Shown: positions 18,156 to 29,914 of the stretch, one piece after another
How positions within the stretch are numbered: position 1 is the stretch's first letter
Layout of the letters: every line of letters starts with the position of its first letter
Notes under the pieces: model-generated
Told to the model about the DNA's origin: nothing
The model's input: the letters and a program-made list of their open reading frames with translations, nothing else
Database searches by the model: none
Made by a program: the position numbers and the translations under genes
Assembly: GCF_000195955.2 (NCBI RefSeq)
Contig: NC_000962.3
Coordinates: 90,001-122,000, forward strand
Origin: Mycobacterium tuberculosis H37Rv
GTDB lineage: Bacteria > Actinomycetota > Actinomycetes > Mycobacteriales > Mycobacteriaceae
Reading direction: 5' to 3'
Length of the DNA: 32,000 bases

Positions 18156-19778
18156 ATGGGAGGAAAGAAGTTTCAAGCTATGCCTCAGTTGCCATCTACC
18201 GTGCTGGACCGGGTCTTCGAGCAGGCACGGCAGCAGCCGGAAGCAATCGCCTTGCGTCGCTGCGACGGCACTAGCGCACTGCGGTACCGTGAACTCGTCG
18301 CCGAAGTTGGTGGCCTTGCCGCGGATTTGCGTGCCCAGTCGGTTAGCCGGGGTTCTAGGGTGCTGGTCATTTCCGACAATGGACCCGAGACGTACCTGTC
18401 GGTGCTGGCGTGTGCAAAGCTCGGGGCGATCGCCGTCATGGCCGACGGCAATCTTCCGATCGCAGCCATCGAACGATTCTGTCAGATCACCGACCCCGCA
18501 GCGGCTCTCGTCGCACCAGGGAGCAAGATGGCATCTTCCGCCGTTCCCGAGGCGCTGCACTCGATACCAGTGATCGCGGTCGACATAGCCGCTGTTACAC
18601 GGGAATCCGAGCATTCCTTGGATGCAGCCAGCCTCGCCGGGAACGCGGACCAGGGGAGCGAGGATCCGCTGGCGATGATCTTCACCAGCGGTACCACGGG
18701 CGAGCCCAAGGCTGTGCTACTGGCCAACCGCACCTTCTTCGCCGTCCCGGACATCTTGCAAAAAGAGGGTTTGAACTGGGTCACTTGGGTCGTCGGCGAA
18801 ACCACCTACTCGCCGCTGCCGGCGACGCACATCGGTGGACTGTGGTGGATACTTACCTGCCTGATGCACGGCGGGTTGTGTGTCACCGGCGGCGAGAATA
18901 CGACATCGTTGCTGGAGATTCTCACCACGAACGCGGTGGCGACGACGTGCCTAGTGCCAACGCTTCTTTCGAAGTTAGTTTCTGAACTGAAGTCCGCCAA
19001 CGCGACGGTTCCCTCGCTGCGCCTAGTTGGATACGGTGGTTCGCGGGCGATCGCGGCCGATGTGCGGTTTATCGAAGCTACCGGCGTGCGCACCGCACAG
19101 GTCTACGGATTGAGCGAGACCGGTTGCACGGCTTTGTGTTTGCCGACCGATGACGGCTCGATCGTCAAGATCGAAGCAGGTGCTGTTGGCCGTCCGTACC
19201 CTGGCGTGGACGTCTATCTTGCCGCTACCGATGGCATCGGCCCTACCGCCCCCGGCGCCGGCCCGTCCGCCTCGTTCGGCACGCTATGGATTAAGTCACC
19301 GGCCAACATGCTGGGCTACTGGAACAATCCCGAACGCACCGCAGAGGTGCTGATTGACGGCTGGGTGAACACCGGTGACCTGCTGGAGCGCCGCGAGGAC
19401 GGCTTCTTCTACATCAAGGGAAGATCCTCGGAGATGATCATCTGTGGTGGCGTGAACATTGCGCCCGACGAGGTCGATCGCATCGCGGAGGGCGTGTCGG
19501 GCGTCCGCGAGGCCGCGTGCTACGAGATTCCTGACGAAGAGTTCGGCGCGCTGGTGGGCCTGGCCGTGGTCGCATCGGCAGAGCTTGACGAGTCGGCAGC
19601 CCGGGCGCTCAAGCACACGATTGCGGCTCGTTTTCGACGGGAGTCCGAGCCGATGGCGCGGCCGTCGACAATTGTGATCGTCACCGACATTCCACGAACG
19701 CAGTCCGGCAAGGTCATGCGGGCCTCGCTTGCAGCGGCGGCAACAGCAGACAAGGCCAGAGTGGTCGTTCGTGGCTGA
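18156..19778 (+). CDS. fadD10: Fatty-acyl-AMP ligase / acyl-ACP-loading ANL enzyme FadD10, 540 aa
   Basis: [15 protein letters not shown] adenylate motif, YGLSETGCTAL, GWVNTGDLLERREDGFFYIKGRSSEMII, and C-terminal TQSGKVMRASL. Lies 4 bp after the fcoT stop. Confidence 0.94.
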   Translation: MGGKKFQAMPQLPSTVLDRVFEQARQQPEAIALRRCDGTSALRYRELVAEVGGLAADLRAQSVSRGSRVLVISDNGPETYLSVLACAKLGAIAVMADGNLPIAAIERFCQITDPAAALVAPGSKMASSAVPEALHSIPVIAVDIAAVTRESEHSLDAASLAGNADQGSEDPLAMIFTSGTTGEPKAVLLANRTFFAVPDILQKEGLNWVTWVVGETTYSPLPATHIGGLWWILTCLMHGGLCVTGGENTTSLLEILTTNAVATTCLVPTLLSKLVSELKSANATVPSLRLVGYGGSRAIAADVRFIEATGVRTAQVYGLSETGCTALCLPTDDGSIVKIEAGAVGRPYPGVDVYLAATDGIGPTAPGAGPSASFGTLWIKSPANMLGYWNNPERTAEVLIDGWVNTGDLLERREDGFFYIKGRSSEMIICGGVNIAPDEVDRIAEGVSGVREAACYEIPDEEFGALVGLAVVASAELDESAARALKHTIAARFRRESEPMARPSTIVIVTDIPRTQSGKVMRASLAAAATADKARVVVRG

Positions 19779-19782
19779 GCCG

Positions 19783-20019
19783 GTGCGGGACCGAATCCTC
19801 GCCGCCGTCTGCGACGTGTTGTATATCGACGAGGCGGATCTCATTGATGGCGACGAAACGGATCTCCGCGACCTCGGGCTGGACTCTGTTCGGTTTGTTC
19901 TGCTGATGAAGCAGCTAGGCGTGAACCGACAATCCGAACTGCCGTCCCGATTGGCCGCGAACCCGTCGATTGCGGGTTGGCTTCGCGAGCTGGAGGCTGT
20001 GTGCACCGAGTTCGGTTAA
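19783..20019 (+). CDS. Acyl carrier protein (Rv0100-like), 78 aa; alternative GTG at 19771 overlapping fadD10
   Basis: [17 protein letters not shown] is the phosphopantetheine attachment motif (DS). Confidence 0.9.
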   Translation: MRDRILAAVCDVLYIDEADLIDGDETDLRDLGLDSVRFVLLMKQLGVNRQSELPSRLAANPSIAGWLRELEAVCTEFG

Positions 20020-23000
20020 GCCGCTCGCAGCGCAACCTCTACAACGGCGTGCGCCAGGATAACAATCCCGCGTTATATCTGATCGGCAAGAGCTATCGGT
20101 TCCGCCGGTTGGAGCTGGCGAGATTCCTGGCCGCTCTGCACGCAACGGTACTGGACAACCCCGTGCAACTTTGCGTCCTGGAGAATTCGGGGGCAGACTA
20201 TCCGGATCTGGTGCCGCGGCTACGGTTCGGCGACATCGTGCGGGTGGGGTCAGCCGATGAGCACCTGCAGAGCACATGGTGTTCGGGCATCCTGGGCAAG
20301 CCACTGGTGCGGCATACGGTGCACACCGACCCGAACGGGTATGTGACCGGTCTGGACGTTCACACCCACCACATCCTGCTGGACGGCGGCGCGACCGGGA
20401 CGATCGAAGCTGACCTGGCGCGTTACCTGACCACCGACCCGGCGGGCGAAACCCCCAGTGTCGGTGCGGGTCTAGCCAAGCTCAGGGAGGCGCACCGTCG
20501 TGAGACGGCCAAGGTGGAAGAATCGCGGGGGCGCCTGTCGGCTGTCGTGCAGCGTGAACTCGCCGACGAAGCATACCACGGCGGGCACGGGCACAGCGTT
20601 AGCGACGCTCCCGGGACCGCGGCCAAGGGCGTCCTGCACGAATCGGCAACGATCTGCGGCAACGCGTTTGATGCCATCCTGACCCTTTCGGAAGCGCAGC
20701 GGGTCCCGCTTAATGTGCTGGTGGCTGCGGCGGCCGTCGCGGTGGACGCGAGCCTTCGGCAGAACACCGAAACCCTCTTGGTGCACACGGTGGACAACCG
20801 GTTCGGAGATTCTGATCTGAATGTCGCGACCTGTTTGGTCAATTCGGTTGCCCAGACCGTCCGGTTTCCCCCATTTGCGTCGGTGTCCGATGTCGTTCGA
20901 ACGCTTGACCGCGGCTATGTCAAGGCGGTAAGACGCCGGTGGCTTCGTGAGGAGCATTACCGCCGAATGTATTTGGCGATCAACCGGACATCTCACGTGG
21001 AGGCGTTGACGCTAAATTTCATTCGCGAGCCATGCGCACCTGGCCTGCGCCCGTTCTTGTCGGAGGTCCCGATTGCCACGGATATCGGTCCGGTCGAGGG
21101 CATGACGGTGGCGTCTGTTCTGGACGAAGAACAGCGCACACTGAACCTAGCCATCTGGAACCGAGCCGATCTGCCCGCGTGCAAGACACACCCCAAGGTC
21201 GCGGAACGGATAGCGGCAGCGTTGGAATCGATGGCGGCGATGTGGGATCGGCCGATCGCCATGATCGTCAACGACTGGTTCGGGATCGGCCCGGACGGGA
21301 CTCGCTGCCAAGGCGATTGGCCAGCCCGTCAGCCGTCGACGCCCGCGTGGTTTCTCGATTCCGCAAGGGGCGTCCACCAATTTCTCGGCAGGCGCCGCTT
21401 CGTCTACCCGTGGGTCGCGTGGTTGGTGCAACGCGGCGCCGCACCGGGTGATGTTCTGGTGTTCACCGACGACGACACCGACAAGACCATTGACCTGCTC
21501 ATCGCGTGTCACCTTGCGGGTTGCGGGTACAGCGTCTGCGACACCGCTGACGAAATTTCCGTGCGGACCAATGCGATTACCGAGCACGGCGATGGCATCT
21601 TGGTGACAGTGGTCGACGTGGCCGCCACCCAGCTGGCGGTTGTCGGCCATGACGAGCTGCGGAAGGTCGTTGACGAGCGCGTCACACAGGTGACACACGA
21701 CGCACTGCTGGCCACCAAGACCGCCTACATCATGCCGACCTCGGGAACTACCGGACAACCCAAGCTGGTGCGAATCTCACACGGCTCGCTCGCGGTTTTC
21801 TGTGATGCGATCAGCCGCGCCTACGGTTGGGGAGCCCACGACACCGTTCTGCAGTGCGCTCCGTTGACATCGGACATCAGCGTCGAGGAGATTTTCGGTG
21901 GCGCGGCCTGTGGCGCGCGACTGGTGCGATCCGCGGCTATGAAAACCGGCGACCTGGCGGCGCTGGTTGACGATCTCGTCGCCCGCGAGACGACAATCGT
22001 CGACCTGCCGACCGCCGTCTGGCAGCTGTTGTGCGCCGACGGCGACGCCATTGACGCGATCGGCCGCTCGCGCCTGCGGCAGATCGTAATCGGCGGTGAA
22101 GCCATCCGCTGTAGCGCCGTGGACAAGTGGCTTGAATCGGCTGCTTCACAAGGGATCTCGCTGCTCTCGAGCTATGGTCCAACAGAAGCCACGGTCGTCG
22201 CCACCTTCTTGCCGATCGTTTGCGACCAGACCACCATGGACGGCGCACTGCTCAGGCTCGGCCGGCCGATCCTACCGAACACGGTGTTCCTCGCGTTCGG
22301 TGAAGTCGTCATTGTCGGGGATTTAGTCGCCGACGGCTACCTCGGGATCGACGGCGACGGCTTCGGCACCGTGACGGCCGCAGACGGTTCCCGACGCCGT
22401 GCCTTTGCCACTGGCGACCGGGTGACCGTCGACGCCGAAGGATTTCCGGTCTTCTCCGGACGCAAAGACGCCGTCGTCAAGATCTCCGGCAAGCGTGTCG
22501 ATATCGCTGAGGTAACCAGGCGCATCGCCGAAGACCCCGCGGTGTCAGATGTCGCCGTCGAGTTGCACAGCGGAAGCCTCGGAGTGTGGTTCAAGAGCCA
22601 ACGGACCCGCGAGGGCGAACAAGACGCTGCCGCGGCGACCCGGATCAGGCTCGTCCTCGTGAGTCTGGGAGTGTCGTCGTTTTTCGTTGTCGGCGTGCCG
22701 AATATCCCGAGGAAGCCCAACGGGAAGATCGACAGCGACAACCTGCCGAGGCTGCCTCAGTGGTCAGCTGCTGGGCTAAACACCGCCGAGACGGGTCAGC
22801 GAGCGGCCGGCCTCTCGCAGATCTGGAGCCGGCAGCTCGGCCGGGCAATCGGGCCGGACTCGTCGCTGCTTGGTGAGGGCATCGGCTCGTTGGATCTCAT
22901 CAGAATACTGCCCGAGACGCGTAGGTATCTGGGGTGGCGCCTCTCGCTGCTGGATCTGATCGGTGCCGATACCGCCGCCAATCTGGCCGATTACGCGCCA

Positions 23001-26000
23001 ACGCCCGACGCGCCGACGGGCGAAGATCGGTTTAGGCCGCTGGTGGCCGCGCAACGGCCCGCGGCGATTCCGTTGTCGTTTGCCCAGCGGCGACTATGGT
23101 TTCTCGACCAGTTACAGCGACCCGCTCCGGTCTACAACATGGCGGTGGCGTTGCGGCTGCGCGGGTATCTCGATACCGAGGCGTTGGGCGCGGCGGTCGC
23201 CGATGTCGTGGGCCGCCACGAAAGCCTACGGACGGTGTTTCCGGCGGTCGACGGGGTCCCTCGGCAGCTGGTCATCGAAGCGCGGCGGGCAGATCTTGGC
23301 TGCGACATCGTCGATGCCACCGCATGGCCGGCTGACCGGCTGCAACGGGCCATCGAGGAGGCGGCGCGCCACAGCTTCGATTTGGCAACCGAGATACCTT
23401 TGCGGACGTGGCTTTTCCGGATCGCCGACGACGAACATGTGCTGGTGGCGGTTGCACACCATATCGCCGCCGACGGCTGGTCGGTGGCTCCGCTGACGGC
23501 CGATCTGAGTGCGGCATATGCCAGCCGTTGTGCGGGTCGGGCACCGGACTGGGCGCCATTGCCAGTGCAGTATGTCGATTACACGCTGTGGCAGCGGGAA
23601 ATCCTCGGTGATCTCGACGACAGCGACAGCCCGATCGCCGCGCAGCTGGCCTACTGGGAAAATGCGTTGGCCGGTATGCCGGAACGGCTGCGGCTGCCCA
23701 CCGCTCGGCCCTATCCACCGGTTGCCGATCAGCGCGGCGCCAGTTTGGTGGTGGATTGGCCGGCGTCGGTGCAACAGCAGGTGCGTCGGATCGCCCGCCA
23801 GCACAACGCGACCAGCTTCATGGTGGTAGCTGCCGGGCTTGCCGTGCTGCTGTCGAAACTCAGCGGAAGCCCCGATGTGGCGGTCGGATTTCCCATCGCC
23901 GGCCGCAGCGATCCTGCGCTGGATAACTTGGTGGGCTTTTTTGTCAACACCTTGGTGTTGCGGGTCAACCTGGCCGGTGATCCCAGCTTCGCCGAACTGC
24001 TGGGGCAGGTGCGAGCGCGCAGCCTGGCCGCCTACGAAAATCAAGACGTACCTTTCGAGGTGCTCGTTGATCGCCTCAAACCCACTCGAGCCCTGACCCA
24101 TCACCCGCTGATCCAGGTGATGTTGGCCTGGCAGGACAATCCGGTTGGACAGCTGAATTTGGGTGATCTGCAGGCCACCCCGATGCCGATCGACACCCGC
24201 ACCGCCCGCATGGACTTGGTGTTTTCGTTAGCGGAACGCTTCAGCGAGGGTAGCGAACCTGCCGGGATCGGCGGAGCGGTGGAATACCGCACCGATGTGT
24301 TTGAAGCCCAAGCAATCGACGTGCTTATCGAGCGGTTGCGGAAGGTGTTGGTGGCGGTGGCCGCTGCTCCGGAACGGACGGTGTCGTCGATCGATGCGCT
24401 GGATGGGACCGAGCGTGCCCGGTTGGATGAGTGGGGTAACCGCGCTGTGCTGACTGCGCCCGCGCCCACGCCGGTGTCGATCCCGCAGATGTTGGCCGCC
24501 CAGGTGGCACGTATCCCCGAAGCGGAGGCGGTGTGTTGCGGGGACGCGTCGATGACGTATCGGGAACTCGACGAGGCGTCCAACCGGTTAGCGCATCGGC
24601 TGGCAGGTTGTGGGGCCGGCCCGGGCGAGTGTGTGGCGCTGCTGTTCGAGCGGTGCGCGCCGGCGGTCGTGGCGATGGTGGCAGTGCTCAAAACCGGGGC
24701 GGCGTATCTGCCGATCGATCCGGCGAATCCTCCGCCGCGGGTGGCGTTCATGCTCGGCGACGCGGTGCCCGTGGCCGCGGTCACCACGGCTGGGCTGCGC
24801 TCCCGGTTGGCGGGACACGACTTGCCGATCATCGATGTCGTCGATGCTTTAGCGGCATATCCGGGCACGCCCCCACCCATGCCGGCCGCAGTGAACCTCG
24901 CCTACATCCTGTACACCTCGGGCACTACCGGCGAGCCCAAAGGCGTGGGGATCACCCATCGCAACGTCACCAGGCTGTTCGCATCACTGCCGGCACGCTT
25001 GTCGGCGGCGCAGGTGTGGTCGCAGTGTCATTCCTATGGCTTCGACGCCTCGGCGTGGGAGATCTGGGGCGCGTTGCTAGGTGGTGGGCGACTGGTGATC
25101 GTGCCCGAGTCGGTGGCGGCCTCGCCGAACGACTTTCATGGGCTGCTCGTGGCCGAACACGTCAGCGTGCTGACTCAGACTCCGGCTGCGGTGGCAATGT
25201 TGCCGACGCAGGGTTTGGAGTCGGTGGCGTTGGTGGTGGCCGGTGAGGCATGTCCGGCAGCGCTGGTGGATCGGTGGGCGCCCGGGCGGGTGATGCTAAA
25301 TGCTTATGGCCCAACCGAGACCACGATCTGTGCGGCGATAAGTGCGCCGTTGCGACCGGGTTCGGGGATGCCGCCGATTGGTGTTCCGGTGTCGGGGGCG
25401 GCGTTGTTTGTGCTGGATAGCTGGTTGCGCCCGGTACCGGCCGGGGTGGCCGGAGAGTTGTACATTGCCGGTGCGGGCGTCGGTGTTGGGTATTGGCGTC
25501 GGGCGGGGCTGACCGCGTCACGGTTTGTGGCCTGCCCATTCGGCGGTTCCGGGGCACGCATGTATCGCACCGGGGATCTGGTGTGTTGGCGCGCCGATGG
25601 CCAGTTGGAGTTCCTGGGGCGCACCGACGATCAGGTCAAGATCCGCGGGTATCGCATCGAGCTCGGCGAGGTTGCGACCGCGCTGGCCGAGCTGGCTGGG
25701 GTAGGTCAAGCGGTTGTAATCGCCCGTGAAGACCGCCCTGGGGACAAGCGCCTAGTCGGGTATGCCACCGAAATTGCCCCCGGGGCAGTGGACCCGGCCG
25801 GGCTGCGGGCGCAACTAGCCCAGCGATTGCCCGGTTACCTGGTGCCAGCCGCGGTGGTAGTGATCGATGCGCTTCCGTTGACGGTCAACGGCAAACTTGA
25901 TCATCGTGCGTTGCCGGCACCGGAATACGGTGATACCAACGGATATCGCGCTCCGGCCGGGCCGGTTGAGAAGACCGTGGCCGGCATCTTTGCCCGGGTT

Positions 26001-27539
26001 CTTGGGCTTGAGCGGGTCGGCGTCGACGACTCGTTCTTCGAGCTCGGCGGCGATTCGCTGGCGGCAATGCGGGTTATCGCCGCGATCAACACCACCCTAA
26101 ACGCCGATCTGCCGGTGCGCGCGTTGCTGCACGCGTCGTCGACGAGAGGTTTAAGCCAGCTGTTGGGGCGAGATGCCCGACCGACCAGCGATCCGCGCTT
26201 GGTGTCTGTGCACGGCGACAACCCCACCGAGGTGCATGCCAGCGACCTCACGCTGGACCGGTTCATCGACGCCGACACGCTGGCCACCGCCGTCAACCTG
26301 CCGGGCCCGAGCCCCGAGCTACGGACGGTCCTGCTGACGGGCGCGACGGGTTTCCTCGGACGGTATCTGGTCCTTGAATTGCTGCGGCGGCTGGACGTCG
26401 ACGGCAGGCTGATCTGTTTGGTGCGGGCGGAGTCCGACGAGGATGCGCGGCGTCGTCTGGAGAAGACCTTCGATAGCGGTGACCCGGAATTGCTGCGGCA
26501 CTTCAAGGAGCTTGCCGCCGACCGGCTGGAGGTCGTCGCAGGCGACAAGAGCGAACCCGACCTGGGCCTGGACCAACCGATGTGGCGGCGGCTGGCCGAA
26601 ACCGTGGATTTGATTGTCGATTCCGCGGCGATGGTCAACGCGTTTCCCTACCACGAATTGTTCGGGCCCAACGTCGCGGGCACCGCCGAGCTGATCCGAA
26701 TCGCGCTTACCACCAAGCTCAAACCCTTCACCTACGTGTCAACCGCCGACGTGGGTGCTGCGATCGAGCCGTCGGCGTTCACCGAGGACGCCGACATCCG
26801 GGTAATCAGCCCCACCCGCACCGTCGACGGCGGCTGGGCTGGCGGCTACGGCACCAGCAAGTGGGCCGGTGAGGTGCTGCTGCGCGAGGCCAACGACCTG
26901 TGCGCGCTGCCGGTCGCGGTGTTTCGCTGCGGGATGATCCTGGCCGACACCAGCTATGCCGGACAGCTCAACATGTCGGACTGGGTCACCCGGATGGTGT
27001 TGAGCTTGATGGCTACCGGCATCGCGCCTCGTTCGTTCTACGAACCGGACTCCGAGGGCAATCGGCAACGCGCGCACTTCGACGGGCTGCCAGTCACCTT
27101 CGTTGCCGAGGCGATCGCGGTGCTGGGCGCGCGGGTGGCCGGCTCATCGTTGGCGGGATTTGCGACCTATCACGTGATGAACCCGCACGACGACGGTATC
27201 GGGCTCGATGAGTATGTGGACTGGCTGATTGAGGCCGGCTACCCGATACGCCGCATCGATGACTTTGCGGAGTGGTTGCAGCGGTTTGAGGCCAGCCTGG
27301 GCGCTCTGCCGGATCGGCAACGCCGGCACTCGGTGCTGCCGATGCTGCTGGCGAGCAATTCCCAGCGATTGCAGCCGCTTAAGCCGACCAGGGGGTGCTC
27401 CGCGCCGACCGACCGATTCCGTGCCGCGGTGCGAGCGGCGAAAGTCGGCTCCGACAAGGACAATCCAGACATCCCGCACGTGTCGGCGCCGACCATCATC
27501 AACTACGTCACCAACCTACAACTGCTCGGACTGCTGTAG
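20001..27539 (+). CDS. nrp: Dimodular non-ribosomal peptide synthetase (C-A-PCP-C-A-PCP-reductase), ~2512 aa
   Basis: C1 HTHHILLDG (~20360-20395); A1 [11 protein letters not shown] (~21735-21770); PCP1 GIGSLDL (~22877-22897); C2 HHIAADG (~23458-23478); A2 [11 protein letters not shown] (~24912-24945); PCP2 [10 protein letters not shown] (~26040-26065); terminal NAD(P)-binding reductase [18 protein letters not shown] (~26332-26385). GTG 20001 overlaps the ACP gene. Confidence 0.96.
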   Translation: MHRVRLSRSQRNLYNGVRQDNNPALYLIGKSYRFRRLELARFLAALHATVLDNPVQLCVLENSGADYPDLVPRLRFGDIVRVGSADEHLQSTWCSGILGKPLVRHTVHTDPNGYVTGLDVHTHHILLDGGATGTIEADLARYLTTDPAGETPSVGAGLAKLREAHRRETAKVEESRGRLSAVVQRELADEAYHGGHGHSVSDAPGTAAKGVLHESATICGNAFDAILTLSEAQRVPLNVLVAAAAVAVDASLRQNTETLLVHTVDNRFGDSDLNVATCLVNSVAQTVRFPPFASVSDVVRTLDRGYVKAVRRRWLREEHYRRMYLAINRTSHVEALTLNFIREPCAPGLRPFLSEVPIATDIGPVEGMTVASVLDEEQRTLNLAIWNRADLPACKTHPKVAERIAAALESMAAMWDRPIAMIVNDWFGIGPDGTRCQGDWPARQPSTPAWFLDSARGVHQFLGRRRFVYPWVAWLVQRGAAPGDVLVFTDDDTDKTIDLLIACHLAGCGYSVCDTADEISVRTNAITEHGDGILVTVVDVAATQLAVVGHDELRKVVDERVTQVTHDALLATKTAYIMPTSGTTGQPKLVRISHGSLAVFCDAISRAYGWGAHDTVLQCAPLTSDISVEEIFGGAACGARLVRSAAMKTGDLAALVDDLVARETTIVDLPTAVWQLLCADGDAIDAIGRSRLRQIVIGGEAIRCSAVDKWLESAASQGISLLSSYGPTEATVVATFLPIVCDQTTMDGALLRLGRPILPNTVFLAFGEVVIVGDLVADGYLGIDGDGFGTVTAADGSRRRAFATGDRVTVDAEGFPVFSGRKDAVVKISGKRVDIAEVTRRIAEDPAVSDVAVELHSGSLGVWFKSQRTREGEQDAAAATRIRLVLVSLGVSSFFVVGVPNIPRKPNGKIDSDNLPRLPQWSAAGLNTAETGQRAAGLSQIWSRQLGRAIGPDSSLLGEGIGSLDLIRILPETRRYLGWRLSLLDLIGADTAANLADYAPTPDAPTGEDRFRPLVAAQRPAAIPLSFAQRRLWFLDQLQRPAPVYNMAVALRLRGYLDTEALGAAVADVVGRHESLRTVFPAVDGVPRQLVIEARRADLGCDIVDATAWPADRLQRAIEEAARHSFDLATEIPLRTWLFRIADDEHVLVAVAHHIAADGWSVAPLTADLSAAYASRCAGRAPDWAPLPVQYVDYTLWQREILGDLDDSDSPIAAQLAYWENALAGMPERLRLPTARPYPPVADQRGASLVVDWPASVQQQVRRIARQHNATSFMVVAAGLAVLLSKLSGSPDVAVGFPIAGRSDPALDNLVGFFVNTLVLRVNLAGDPSFAELLGQVRARSLAAYENQDVPFEVLVDRLKPTRALTHHPLIQVMLAWQDNPVGQLNLGDLQATPMPIDTRTARMDLVFSLAERFSEGSEPAGIGGAVEYRTDVFEAQAIDVLIERLRKVLVAVAAAPERTVSSIDALDGTERARLDEWGNRAVLTAPAPTPVSIPQMLAAQVARIPEAEAVCCGDASMTYRELDEASNRLAHRLAGCGAGPGECVALLFERCAPAVVAMVAVLKTGAAYLPIDPANPPPRVAFMLGDAVPVAAVTTAGLRSRLAGHDLPIIDVVDALAAYPGTPPPMPAAVNLAYILYTSGTTGEPKGVGITHRNVTRLFASLPARLSAAQVWSQCHSYGFDASAWEIWGALLGGGRLVIVPESVAASPNDFHGLLVAEHVSVLTQTPAAVAMLPTQGLESVALVVAGEACPAALVDRWAPGRVMLNAYGPTETTICAAISAPLRPGSGMPPIGVPVSGAALFVLDSWLRPVPAGVAGELYIAGAGVGVGYWRRAGLTASRFVACPFGGSGARMYRTGDLVCWRADGQLEFLGRTDDQVKIRGYRIELGEVATALAELAGVGQAVVIAREDRPGDKRLVGYATEIAPGAVDPAGLRAQLAQRLPGYLVPAAVVVIDALPLTVNGKLDHRALPAPEYGDTNGYRAPAGPVEKTVAGIFARVLGLERVGVDDSFFELGGDSLAAMRVIAAINTTLNADLPVRALLHASSTRGLSQLLGRDARPTSDPRLVSVHGDNPTEVHASDLTLDRFIDADTLATAVNLPGPSPELRTVLLTGATGFLGRYLVLELLRRLDVDGRLICLVRAESDEDARRRLEKTFDSGDPELLRHFKELAADRLEVVAGDKSEPDLGLDQPMWRRLAETVDLIVDSAAMVNAFPYHELFGPNVAGTAELIRIALTTKLKPFTYVSTADVGAAIEPSAFTEDADIRVISPTRTVDGGWAGGYGTSKWAGEVLLREANDLCALPVAVFRCGMILADTSYAGQLNMSDWVTRMVLSLMATGIAPRSFYEPDSEGNRQRAHFDGLPVTFVAEAIAVLGARVAGSSLAGFATYHVMNPHDDGIGLDEYVDWLIEAGYPIRRIDDFAEWLQRFEASLGALPDRQRRHSVLPMLLASNSQRLQPLKPTRGCSAPTDRFRAAVRAAKVGSDKDNPDIPHVSAPTIINYVTNLQLLGLL

Positions 27540-27649
27540 TTGCTCGGCGATAAAGAGCGCAGCCATGGTCGGGGGAGATCATGTGGTCACTTTCGGGTCG
27601 GCATCGATTCTGCGAGCAGAATATGTGGTTGATGGCCACTAGGCCGGTA

Positions 27650-27687
27650 CCGGGGAACTGGCGGTTCCCGGCCGATGAGCATCGGCC
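27650..27687. promoter_or_regulatory. Two adjacent GC-rich inverted repeats in the nrp - Rv0102-like intergenic region (possible attenuator/terminator or operator)
   Basis: GGGAAC-TGGCG-GTTCCC (27653-27669, ragged; stem arms 27653-27658 and 27664-27669) directly followed by GGCCGAT-GAGC-ATCGGCC (27670-27687). Confidence 0.5.
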
Positions 27688-27713
27688 CTGACGCGCGGCC
27701 GTAAGCTCCAGGA

Positions 27714-29699
27714 ATGGGGACGCACGGGGCTACCAAGAGTGCGACGTCGGCTGTGCCAACGCCCCGGTCGAACTCCATGGCGATGGTACGGCTGGCAATT
27801 GGCCTGCTGGGTGTGTGCGCGGTGGTCGCGGCCTTCGGGCTGGTGTCGGGAGCGCGCCGCTACGCTGAGGCCGGCAATCCCTATCCGGGCGCCTTCGTCA
27901 GCGTCGCCGAGCCGGTCGGGTTCTTCGCCGCGTCGCTGGCCGGTGCGCTGTGTCTGGGCGCGCTGATCCACGTGGTCATGACGGCCAAACCCGAGCCGGA
28001 TGGCTTAATCGACGCCGCGGCGTTCCGGATTCACCTGCTGGCAGAACGTGTTTCAGGTCTCTGGTTGGGGCTAGCCGCGACCATGGTGGTCATTCAGGCC
28101 GCCCACGATACTGGAGTGGGGCCCGCGAGACTGCTGGCTAGTGGGGCACTATCGGACTCCGTCGCCGCCTCCGAGATGGCACGCGGGTGGATTGTTGCGG
28201 CGATCTGCGCGCTGGTGGTTGCGACGGCGCTGCGGCTGTACACTCGCTGGCTCGGGCACGTTGTGCTGCTTGTCCCCACTGTGCTTGCCGTCGTCGCCAC
28301 CGCGGTGACCGGTAACCCGGGACAGGGACCCGACCATGACTACGCGACCAGCGCCGCGATCGTGTTCGCGGTCGCGTTCGCCACCTTGACCGGGCTCAAG
28401 ATCGCTGCGGCGTTGGCGGGAACGACGCCAAGCCGCGCTGTGCTGGTAACGCAGGTCACCTGTGGAGCGCTCGCGTTGGCATACGGAGCGATGCTGCTTT
28501 ATCTCTTCATCCCGGGCTGGGCGGTCGATTCGGATTTTGCCCGCCTTGGTCTGCTTGCGGGGGTAATCCTGACGTCGGTGTGGTTGTTTGACTGCTGGCG
28601 GCTGTTGGTCAGGCCGCCACATGCGGGCCGTCGCCGCGGTGGTGGCTCCGGTGCCGCACTGGCCATGATGGCCGCCATGGCTTCGATAGCTGCCATGGCC
28701 GTTATGACCGCGCCGCGATTTCTCACCCACGCGTTCACGGCTTGGGATGTCTTCCTCGGCTATGAACTGCCGCAACCGCCGACCATAGCCCGGGTGCTCA
28801 CCGTGTGGCGCTTCGATAGCCTGATCGGAGCCGCTGGTGTGGTTCTCGCGATCGGGTATGCGGCGGGCTTCGCCGCGCTGCGGCGCCGAGGTAACTCTTG
28901 GCCGGTGGGCAGATTGATCGCCTGGCTGACTGGTTGCGCCGCACTGGTATTCACCAGCGGCTCCGGTGTACGGGCCTATGGTTCGGCGATGTTCAGCGTC
29001 CACATGGCCGAACACATGACACTGAACATGTTCATCCCGGTCCTGTTGGTGCTCGGTGGCCCGGTCACGCTGGCGCTGCGGGTGCTGCCGGTAACGGGTG
29101 ATGGACGGCCGCCGGGGGCTCGCGAATGGCTGACCTGGCTGCTGCACTCCCGGGTGACAACTTTCCTGTCGCACCCGATCACCGCATTCGTCCTCTTTGT
29201 GGCCTCGCCCTATATCGTCTATTTCACACCGCTGTTCGATACCTTCGTCCGCTATCACTGGGGCCACGAGTTCATGGCGATCCATTTCCTGGTGGTCGGG
29301 TACTTGTTCTACTGGGCGATCATCGGCATCGACCCAGGGCCGCGCCGACTGCCCTACCCGGGCCGGATCGGGCTGTTGTTCGCGGTGATGCCGTTCCACG
29401 CCTTCTTCGGGATCGCGCTGATGACGATGTCGTCTACGGTGGGCGCTACGTTCTATCGTTCCGTCAATCTGCCGTGGTTGTCGAGCATCATCGCCGACCA
29501 GCATCTCGGCGGTGGAATTGCTTGGAGCCTAACGGAATTGCCGGTCATCATGGTCATCGTGGCGCTGGTTACCCAATGGGCGCGCCAAGACCGCCGAGTC
29601 GCGTCCCGCGAAGACCGGCATGCCGACAGCGACTACGCCGACGACGAGCTGGAAGCCTACAACGCGATGCTTCGCGAGTTGTCGCGAATGCGGCGCTGA
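27714..29699 (+). CDS. CopD-CtaG fusion membrane protein (copper resistance D domain plus caa3-type CtaG domain; Rv0102-like), 661 aa
   Basis: Many TM segments. The C-terminal half has CtaG motifs ([33 protein letters not shown]; [16 protein letters not shown]; [29 protein letters not shown]). The N-terminal half is CopD-like. Confidence 0.9.
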
Positions 29700-29914
29700 A
29701 TGTGCAGATGATTTTGGAAGCGGTTGGCGTATCTGCCCGTGCTCGGCTACACCAGGACCGCGGGGCGCTGGCACGCGAACGATCCGGCGAGGAGGTGGGC
29801 CAGCCGGAGATTCCCTCCACAGGCTGCAGCAGAAGTCCTGGATCTGACCCCGACCTGAACCCTTGTCAGTGCGGTCCATCGACGGAAAATTGCTGTTCCG
29901 CCATGCTGGGCATG

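Noticed and set aside
28149-29504. Minus-strand ORF of 451 aa over the CopD-CtaG gene
   Set aside because: Composition (H/R/Q/D-rich, repetitive) is typical of antisense frames in high-GC DNA, and the sense frame has conserved CtaG motifs.
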